Positions 57,296 through 64,000 of a DNA stretch of 64,000 bases are shown in pieces. The stretch spans positions 32,001 to 96,000 of the IMG/VR virus record IMGVR_UViG_3300036770_006954; one strand, written 5' to 3'. A model generated the notes under the pieces. It did no database searches. It was given only the letters and a program-made list of their open reading frames with translations, and had not been told where the DNA came from. A program made the position numbers and the translations under genes. Each line of letters opens with the position of its first letter. The stretch's first letter is position 1. Source of the stretch: a virus.

Positions 57296-58077
57296 TGAGC
57301 ATTATTTCAACAAAGTTGATGGGTGGGCTGGGTAATTATATGTTTCAAATTGCCGCCGCTTATGCAATTTCTTTAAGGGACAAAAAAAAAATTGTTTGTG
57401 AAACATATGATGTACAGTCACCTCAAAAACCAATACATCACTATAAAACGAATTTATTTAATAAAATAGAATTCACTGAAGAAAAAATTCCTCATATTCC
57501 TTTTGGAGAACCAAAATTTTCTTACACAGAAATCCCAACAATCAAAGAAAATCTGAGACTTTATGGATACTTCCAAAGTGAAAAATATTTCAAAAATTAT
57601 CGTGACAAAATTTTGGAGTTATTCGATTTAGATGAATCAATTAAAGGAAATGTCAAAACAAAATACAAAGAAGTTTTAAAAAAAAATCCGACATCAATTC
57701 ATGTAAGAAGGGGAGATTATGTTTGGTTGAGTGATTACCATGAAAATCAGAACTTACAATATTATGAAGAAGCTGTTCGAATTATTGGTGAAGAAAGTTA
57801 TTTTTTAATCTTTTCAGACGATATATCGTGGTGTCAAGAAAATTTGAATTTCATCAAAAACAAAACATTTGTAAGTGGTAATCAAGATTATGAAGACCTT
57901 TTTTTGATGACACAATGTGAGAATAATATTATTGCAAATTCAAGTTTCAGCTGGTGGGGAGCTTGGCTAAACAAAAATGAGGGTAAAAAAGTGATTGCAC
58001 CGAAAAAATGGTTCGGAAAATCAAATTCACATCTTGAGACAAAAGACTTATATTGTGAAAAATGGATGGTAATATGA
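57295..58077 (+). CDS. GT11 alpha-1,2-fucosyl/colitosyltransferase
   Basis: 'GGLGNYMFQ', 'GYFQSEKYF', 'SIHVRRGDY', 'IIANSSFSWWGAWL'. Confidence 0.92.
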   Translation: MSIISTKLMGGLGNYMFQIAAAYAISLRDKKKIVCETYDVQSPQKPIHHYKTNLFNKIEFTEEKIPHIPFGEPKFSYTEIPTIKENLRLYGYFQSEKYFKNYRDKILELFDLDESIKGNVKTKYKEVLKKNPTSIHVRRGDYVWLSDYHENQNLQYYEEAVRIIGEESYFLIFSDDISWCQENLNFIKNKTFVSGNQDYEDLFLMTQCENNIIANSSFSWWGAWLNKNEGKKVIAPKKWFGKSNSHLETKDLYCEKWMVI

Positions 58078-58997
58078 AGGTATTAGTTACAGGAAGCAAC
58101 GGATTAGTTGGGAATGCATTAAAAAAAATATTAGGTGATAACCATGTCTATCACACACGAGCTGATGTTGATTTGTTTGACACAAAAAAAACGAAAGAAT
58201 ATTTTGAGTATCATGTTAAGAATTCAGGTGTTGATACTGTAATTCACTGTGCAGCCAAAGTTGGTGGTGTTGGCGCAAACTCAAGTAACAATCATGGATT
58301 TTTTCTCGAGAATTATTTAATTAATAAAAATGTAATGCAGGCATGTTTTGAATTAGAAATGCCAAATTTTGTTAATTTGTTATCTACATGTGTTTTTCCC
58401 GATTCAAATATTGTTTATCCACTTACTTCTGACCAAATAGACAATGGTAGACCACATCCTTCCAACGAAGGGTATTCATACGCCAAAAGACTATCAGGAT
58501 ATGAAACCAAAATTTTTAGAAGTTTTTTGAGAAAAAATTGGATTTCAATTGTCCCTACAAATATCTACGGACCACATGATAATTTTAATTTAGACCATAG
58601 TCATATTATACCAGGTATGATACACCGAGCGTATTTGACCAAACAGAAAAACGAAAAAATGGTTATATGGGGTGATGGTTCACCCTTAAGACAATTTATT
58701 CATTCAGAAGACTTAGCTAAAAACATATTATGGGCACTTGAAAATTGGAACACAGAACATAATTTTCAGGCAATAAACGAGACTGAAGTTTCGGTAATGG
58801 AAGTTGCCAATATAATATGTAAAAAATTTGGAATTAAAGACAATGACTTAGTTTTTGATTCAACTAAACCTAAGGGACAATTTAGAAAACCTGCCAAAAC
58901 AGATATTCCCAAAAACTATGAATTTATCAAATTTGAAGATGGTATTAATTCAACGATTGAGTGGTTCATAGAAAATTATAAAAAAGTAAGAAAATGA
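58074..58997 (+). CDS. fcl: GDP-L-fucose synthase / GDP-colitose synthase (Fcl/ColC-like)
   Basis: 'VLVTGSNGLVG', 'AAKVGG', 'STCVFP', 'YSYAKR', 'PTNIYGPHDNF', 'WGDGSPLRQF'; start at the ATGA overlap (58074). Confidence 0.88.
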   Translation: MKVLVTGSNGLVGNALKKILGDNHVYHTRADVDLFDTKKTKEYFEYHVKNSGVDTVIHCAAKVGGVGANSSNNHGFFLENYLINKNVMQACFELEMPNFVNLLSTCVFPDSNIVYPLTSDQIDNGRPHPSNEGYSYAKRLSGYETKIFRSFLRKNWISIVPTNIYGPHDNFNLDHSHIIPGMIHRAYLTKQKNEKMVIWGDGSPLRQFIHSEDLAKNILWALENWNTEHNFQAINETEVSVMEVANIICKKFGIKDNDLVFDSTKPKGQFRKPAKTDIPKNYEFIKFEDGINSTIEWFIENYKKVRK

Positions 58998-60157
58998 AAA
59001 AAATAGAACTCGTACAAGACACAATTGATAACAAAGATATTGACAGTTTAATTGAATGGTTGTCTAGCTACCCTCGTCTGACTAAGGGACCAATGACATT
59101 GGAATTTGAATCGAAATGGTCAGAATGGATTGGTACCAAATATTCGATTTTTGTAAACTCAGGTTCATCAGCAAATTTATTAATGGTATTTGCTTTAAAA
59201 TATCTGAATCTTTTGAAGAATAATAAAGTTTGTGTACCATCACTTTCTTGGGCGACAGATTTGGCACCAATCTTACAATTTGATTTACAGCCATTATTGG
59301 TTGATTGTAACCTTGAAAATTTATCTGTGGACTTGAATCATTTAGAGGAAATTTTTAAAACAGAAAATCCGTCGGCACTAATATTAGTTTCAGTATTGGG
59401 TCTCTCTCCCGACATGAATAAAGTGGTGGAACTTTGTGAAAAATATGATGTAATACTTTTAGAGGATAACTGTGAATCACAAGGCACTGAATTTCAAAAT
59501 AGAAGGTTGGGAAATTTTGGATTAATGTCGTCTTTTTCAACTTATTTCGGACATACTATGAGTACGATTGAAGGTGGTGTTATTACTACCAATGATGAAA
59601 AGATATATCATACACTTTTACAGTTAAGGAGTCATGGATGGTCTAGAGACCTACCGTCAGATAAACAATTAGAATTAAAACAGGAATGGAATTGTGATGA
59701 TTTTAGCTCACTTTACACTTTTTTTATACCGGGATTTAATTTAAGAAGTACGGACTTACAAGCACAGATAGGGCTGAATCAATTGAAAAAAATTGATGGT
59801 TTGATTGAAAAAAGAAATCAAAATTTCAAACTATACTCTAAATTGTTGTCACCCAAAGTGTGGTTCCCAAAAGAAATTGAAGATACTTTTACCGCAAATT
59901 TCGCAATCCCTGTAATTACAAAAGATAAGGAAAGTAAGAGTTCTTTAATCAAAGAACTAGTGGAAAATGGTATTGCATGTAGACCACTTATTTCAGGTTC
60001 AATGGGTTCACAACCATTCTATAAAAAAATATACGGAGAACTTATCTTACCAAATTGTTCAATTATTGATGAAAGAGGGATATATGTTCCAAATCACCCT
60101 CAACTTGAAGAAAGTGATATTGAATTAATCTGTGATATTATTTTGAAACACGCGTAG
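58994..60157 (+). CDS. colD: GDP-4-keto-6-deoxymannose 3-dehydratase (ColD-like)
   Basis: 'VNSGSSANLL', 'EDNCES', 'SFSTYFGHTMSTIEGG' with His in place of the PLP lysine, 'LRSHGW'; lacks the E1 Fe-S Cys cluster. Confidence 0.8.
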   Translation: MKKIELVQDTIDNKDIDSLIEWLSSYPRLTKGPMTLEFESKWSEWIGTKYSIFVNSGSSANLLMVFALKYLNLLKNNKVCVPSLSWATDLAPILQFDLQPLLVDCNLENLSVDLNHLEEIFKTENPSALILVSVLGLSPDMNKVVELCEKYDVILLEDNCESQGTEFQNRRLGNFGLMSSFSTYFGHTMSTIEGGVITTNDEKIYHTLLQLRSHGWSRDLPSDKQLELKQEWNCDDFSSLYTFFIPGFNLRSTDLQAQIGLNQLKKIDGLIEKRNQNFKLYSKLLSPKVWFPKEIEDTFTANFAIPVITKDKESKSSLIKELVENGIACRPLISGSMGSQPFYKKIYGELILPNCSIIDERGIYVPNHPQLEESDIELICDIILKHA

Positions 60158-60163
60158 TAATTC

Positions 60164-61135
60164 ATGGAAAAAGTAGCACTTATCACAGGTATAAATGGTC
60201 AAGATGGTTCATATTTGGCAGAATTTTTATTGGAAAAAGGATATGAAGTACACGGAACTCTAAAAAGAAATTCTGTGAGTGAAAATCAAACCGCTCGACT
60301 CGATAATATTTTTCAAAAAATAACCCTTCATTATGCGGATTTAACAGACTTATCATCATTAATTTCCGTTATACAAAAAGTTCAACCTAATGAAATTTAT
60401 AATTTAGCTGCACAATCACATGTTAGAATTTCGTTCGACCAACCAATTTACACCGCACAAGTTACAGGTCTTGGTACTCTCAATTTGTTAGAGGCTGTCA
60501 GATTAATCGACCCCAAAATAAAAATATATCAAGCATCATCGTCAGAAATGTTTGGAAACTCAATTGATAAGGATGGGTACCAAAGAGAAACCACTCCGAT
60601 GACACCAGTATCACCATACGGTTGTGCCAAAGTTTTTTCTTATAATATTTGTAAAAATTATAGAAATTCTTACAACATGTTTATCTCTAATGGTATTTTA
60701 TTCAATCACGAATCACCAAGAAGAGGAACTAACTTTGTAACTAACAAGGTAGCTAAAGAGGCCGTAAAGATAAAGTATGGATTATCTACTGAGTTAAAAT
60801 TGGGTAATTTAGATGCTACACGAGATTGGGGACATGCAAAAGATTATGTCGAGGCGATGTGGTTGATTTTACAACAAGAAACTGCCGATGATTTTGTTTG
60901 TTCTACAGGTATATCTCATTCGGTAAAAGAATTATGTGAATATACGTTTAACAAACTTGGTCTTAACTATCAAGATTGGGTTAAATTAGATGAGAAGTTT
61001 TTAAGACCTGAAGAACTTCACGATTTAAAAGGGGATTCAACAAAATTGAGAACTATTACAGGTTGGGAACCAAGATACACATTTGAAAAAATGATTGATG
61101 AAATGATTGATTATTGGTTGGAATTTTACGAATAA
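60164..61135 (+). CDS. gmd: GDP-mannose 4,6-dehydratase
   Basis: 'ALITGINGQDGSYLAE', 'NLAAQSHV', 'SPYGCAK', 'FNHESPRRG', 'RDWGHAKDY'. Confidence 0.96.
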   Translation: MEKVALITGINGQDGSYLAEFLLEKGYEVHGTLKRNSVSENQTARLDNIFQKITLHYADLTDLSSLISVIQKVQPNEIYNLAAQSHVRISFDQPIYTAQVTGLGTLNLLEAVRLIDPKIKIYQASSSEMFGNSIDKDGYQRETTPMTPVSPYGCAKVFSYNICKNYRNSYNMFISNGILFNHESPRRGTNFVTNKVAKEAVKIKYGLSTELKLGNLDATRDWGHAKDYVEAMWLILQQETADDFVCSTGISHSVKELCEYTFNKLGLNYQDWVKLDEKFLRPEELHDLKGDSTKLRTITGWEPRYTFEKMIDEMIDYWLEFYE

Positions 61136-61141
61136 TTAGAA

Positions 61142-61585
61142 ATGGGGATTAGACATTACATTTCACATCGAGGTAATATAGACGGGAGAATAACCAACGC
61201 GGAAAACTCTCCTGAATATATTTTGACCGCATTATCTCGGGGATATGAGGTGGAAATTGATGTGTGGTTTGTTAATGATTTATTTTATTTAGGTCACGAC
61301 GAACCTCTTTATTTAGTAAGTGAGGAATTCTTGGAAAATGAAAAACTTTGGTGTCACGCCAAAAATGGAGAGTCATTTTACAAGATGTTATCTAACCCCA
61401 AAATCCACTGTTTTTGGCATCAAACCGATGACTACACTCTAACTTCAAAAGGTATTCCGTGGGTGTTTCCTGGTAAAAAGGTGTATGAAAATTCTATATG
61501 GGTTTTACCTGAGAAAACAATCTTCAAGAATATAATGATAAACTGTTTAGGGATTTGTTCTGATTACATATCAAAATATAAATGA
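61142..61585 (+). CDS. Short GDPD/PLC-like phosphodiesterase-fold protein
   Basis: 'ISHRGN', 'ENSP', 'VEIDVW', 'LGHD', 'GICSDY'. Confidence 0.7.
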   Translation: MGIRHYISHRGNIDGRITNAENSPEYILTALSRGYEVEIDVWFVNDLFYLGHDEPLYLVSEEFLENEKLWCHAKNGESFYKMLSNPKIHCFWHQTDDYTLTSKGIPWVFPGKKVYENSIWVLPEKTIFKNIMINCLGICSDYISKYK

Positions 61586-62946
61586 TAAAATTAGTTGTTT
61601 TCGATTTGGATGGTGTGTTAATTGAGGCCAAACAATTACATTACGAAGCTCTCAATGACGCACTAAATCTACACGCACCAAATTGTGTAATATCTTGGAA
61701 TGAGCACCTTTCCAAATATGATGGTCTTAAAACCAAACAAAAATTAGAAATGTTAACTAATGAAAAGGGGTTGGACCGTAATTTACACAATGTTGTTTGG
61801 GAAGAAAAACAACGAATCACCAATCAGAAACTAAAAGATATTACCCCTCATTCTAATTTGATAGACCTACTAAAAAGACTATCAGAGGATGGTTTTAAAA
61901 TTGCCTGTTGTAGTAATTCAATTAGAAAGACTGTTCTAACGGTTTTATCTAAGTTGGACATCATAGAATACTTCGACCAAATACTGTCCAATGAGGATGT
62001 AAAGAATAGTAAACCTCACCCCGAGATTTATTGGAAAGTCATATCTGAAATGGGGGTTATTGCAGAGGAGACTTTAATTGTTGAGGACTCACCTTATGGA
62101 CTCTTAGCTGCGGCAAGAACACACGCACCAATACTGAGGGTAAAATCCCCCAAAGAAGTTAATGTTGAAAACCTGTATAGAAAATTAAACGAATTAAATA
62201 ACAAGTTCAAAATGAAGAAACCCAAATGGACTGACGAGACTCTCAATGTATTAATACCCATGGCGGGTGCTGGTTCAAGATTTGAAAAAGCGGGATATAC
62301 ATTTCCTAAACCTCTTATCGATGTTGAAGGGGACCCTATGATTAAAGTCGTCACTGAAAATTTAAACATTAAAGCCAATTACATTTTTATCGTTCAAAAA
62401 TCACATAGAGAAAAATATAACTTGGATACTTTACTTGGTATGGTTTCACCTGGTTGTAAAATTGTTGAGGTTGAGGGTATTACCGAAGGTGCTGCAAGCA
62501 CTACACTTTTGGCTAAAGAATATATCAATAATGATAATCCATTAGTTATGGCAAACTCAGACCAATTTATCGAGTGGGACTCCAATGAATTCATGTATAA
62601 GATGTCGGAAACCGATTGTGATGGGGGAATTGTAACCTTTAAATCAACTCACCCTAAATGGTCATTTGCTAAAGTTAACGAAAATGGTTTGGTAACTGAG
62701 GTTGCCGAAAAGAATCCCATTTCGGACATTGCAACAGTGGGGGTCTATTATTGGAAAAAAGGTTCTGATTATGTTAAGTATGCCGAACAGATGATTGAAA
62801 AGAATCTTAGAGTTAATAATGAGTTTTATGTGTGTCCTGTGTTCAACGAGGCAATTCAAGATAACAAAGAAATCAGAACTTATGAAATCGTCAAAATGTG
62901 GGGATTAGGTACTCCTGAGGATTTAAATACCTATTTGAGACGATAA
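61582..62946 (+). CDS. HAD phosphatase fused to a sugar-phosphate nucleotidyltransferase
   Basis: 'FDLDGVL','SKPHPEIY','VEDSPYG' followed by 'IPMAGAGSRF..PKPLI','NSDQ','GLGTPEDL'. Confidence 0.85.
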   Translation: MIKLVVFDLDGVLIEAKQLHYEALNDALNLHAPNCVISWNEHLSKYDGLKTKQKLEMLTNEKGLDRNLHNVVWEEKQRITNQKLKDITPHSNLIDLLKRLSEDGFKIACCSNSIRKTVLTVLSKLDIIEYFDQILSNEDVKNSKPHPEIYWKVISEMGVIAEETLIVEDSPYGLLAAARTHAPILRVKSPKEVNVENLYRKLNELNNKFKMKKPKWTDETLNVLIPMAGAGSRFEKAGYTFPKPLIDVEGDPMIKVVTENLNIKANYIFIVQKSHREKYNLDTLLGMVSPGCKIVEVEGITEGAASTTLLAKEYINNDNPLVMANSDQFIEWDSNEFMYKMSETDCDGGIVTFKSTHPKWSFAKVNENGLVTEVAEKNPISDIATVGVYYWKKGSDYVKYAEQMIEKNLRVNNEFYVCPVFNEAIQDNKEIRTYEIVKMWGLGTPEDLNTYLRR

Positions 62947-62992
62947 AAGGTTTTTTTTCTTTATTTTACCACTATTTTGGTAAAAAAACATT

Positions 62993-63379
62993 ATGATTAC
63001 AACACCCATTAGCGTTGGTGAACTTTTGGACAAATTATCTATTTTGTCCATTAAAAAAAACCGACTGACAAATCCTGATAAACTATTTCAGGTTGAAAAA
63101 GAATTTTCTTACTTACATGAATTGTCTGAACCATTTTTGAGGGTTAAAGATTATTTTAATTTATATGATGATTTGGTTTTGGTTAATTCAAAATTATGGG
63201 ACATAGAGGATAAGATACGAGTTTGTGAAAAGAATAAAAAGTTTGATGATGAATTCATCGAATTAGCCAGGTCGGTCTATTATACTAATGATGACAGATT
63301 CGAACTGAAAAATAAAATTAATCTTCTTTCAAATTCAGAAATACAAGAACAAAAAAGTTACGAGGATTACAAAAATTAA
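62993..63379 (+). CDS. DUF6165-like protein
   Basis: 'PISVGELLDKLSILSIK','VN.KLWDIEDKIR','FIELARSVYYTND.R..LKNKIN'. Confidence 0.7.
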   Translation: MITTPISVGELLDKLSILSIKKNRLTNPDKLFQVEKEFSYLHELSEPFLRVKDYFNLYDDLVLVNSKLWDIEDKIRVCEKNKKFDDEFIELARSVYYTNDDRFELKNKINLLSNSEIQEQKSYEDYKN

Positions 63380-63382
63380 TAT

Positions 63383-64000
63383 ATGAGAAAAAAACCATCT
63401 CCAACACCATCTTATATGGTACAAGAAACCCCTAAATCCAAAAAGGAAATTATTGGCTCTATCTTAAAGAAAAAAACAAAAGAAAAGTTTTTGTCTGAAA
63501 GTCAGAAAGAATATTACAAAAAATTACATGATGCACAGATAACAATTTGTGCTGGTCCTGCTGGTGTTGGAAAAAGTTATATTGCCATGAAAGCGGCAAT
63601 TGATTTATTGGTAGACCCCTCCACCCCTTACGAGAAAATCATTATCGTTCGACCCGCAGTTGAGGCGGAAGAAAAACTTGGGTCACTACCAGGTAATGTA
63701 GAAGAAAAACTTGACCCATACATTTTCCCAACATATTACCTCCTCAATAAAATTATTGGTAAAGATGCTAGAGAAAAATTGAAGGAACTTGAAGTTATTG
63801 AAGTTTTTGCCCTTGCATATATGAGAGGAATGAACATTGACAATTCAATTTTAATTTTTGAAGAGGCCCAAAACTCTACTCCAAATCAAATGAAACTTCT
63901 TTTAACAAGAATCGGATTCAATTCGAAATTTTTTATTTCAGGGGACTTGGAGCAAACTGACCGATACAAAGACAAAACCCATTCAGGTCTTTATGATGCA
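63383..64000 (+). CDS. phoH: PhoH-family ATPase, 3'-truncated by the window edge
   Basis: Translated by hand: 'GPAGVGKS', 'RPAVEAEEKLGSLPG', 'LAYMRG', 'EEAQN', 'LTRIG', 'GDLEQTD'. Confidence 0.93.
   Translation, partial: MRKKPSPTPSYMVQETPKSKKEIIGSILKKKTKEKFLSESQKEYYKKLHDAQITICAGPAGVGKSYIAMKAAIDLLVDPSTPYEKIIIVRPAVEAEEKLGSLPGNVEEKLDPYIFPTYYLLNKIIGKDAREKLKELEVIEVFALAYMRGMNIDNSILIFEEAQNSTPNQMKLLLTRIGFNSKFFISGDLEQTDRYKDKTHSGLYDA

Noticed and set aside
21414-62946. Eukaryotic giant virus (SET, SNF2, PolB, GNA1, GT60)
   Set aside because: Contractile tail genes, coupled operons and intrinsic terminators indicate a bacteriophage
1-64000. Stop-codon reassignment as in some large phages
   Set aside because: Genes are full length in code 11, and TAA, TAG and TGA all end genes at sensible positions
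1-64000. tRNA, rRNA, integrase, transposase, reverse transcriptase/DGR
   Set aside because: None recognisable; intergenic spaces are short and explained by promoters and terminators. A tRNAscan/Infernal run would confirm

Overview
This window is part of a large, AT-rich, contractile-tailed dsDNA phage genome (T4-like/jumbo myovirus type, standard genetic code). 1-21.4 kb (minus strand): tail/baseplate module with two very large baseplate proteins, a LysM/gp53-like protein, tape measure, a tail chaperone with a probable +1/-2 frameshift, tube, a HAD phosphatase, sheath and gp15/gp14-like neck proteins. 21.4-30.5 kb: SET-domain methyltransferase, SNF2 helicase, an MnSOD fused to a nuclease-like domain, a gp13-like neck protein and a family B DNA polymerase. 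30.5-46 kb: a four-gene glycosyltransferase operon led by a GT60 polypeptide GlcNAc-transferase, directly downstream of mucin-like Thr/Pro-repeat proteins. 46-48.6 kb: small putative head proteins, including a stand-alone WYL domain. 48.7-64 kb: a large sugar-nucleotide/glycosyltransferase cluster (GT2, GT4, GT10, GT11, Gmd-ColD-Fcl/ColC, DegT, GNA1-like, CmcI-like, HAD-nucleotidyltransferase) plus dUTPase, a 3'-5' exonuclease and PhoH. The best candidate for a new system is a phage-encoded mucin-type O-glycosylation pathway that could coat virion fibres with a Lewis-like fucose/colitose glycan. A TATTTAT(A/C/T) motif precedes most structural genes. All family assignments come from motif recognition by eye; no database searches were run.
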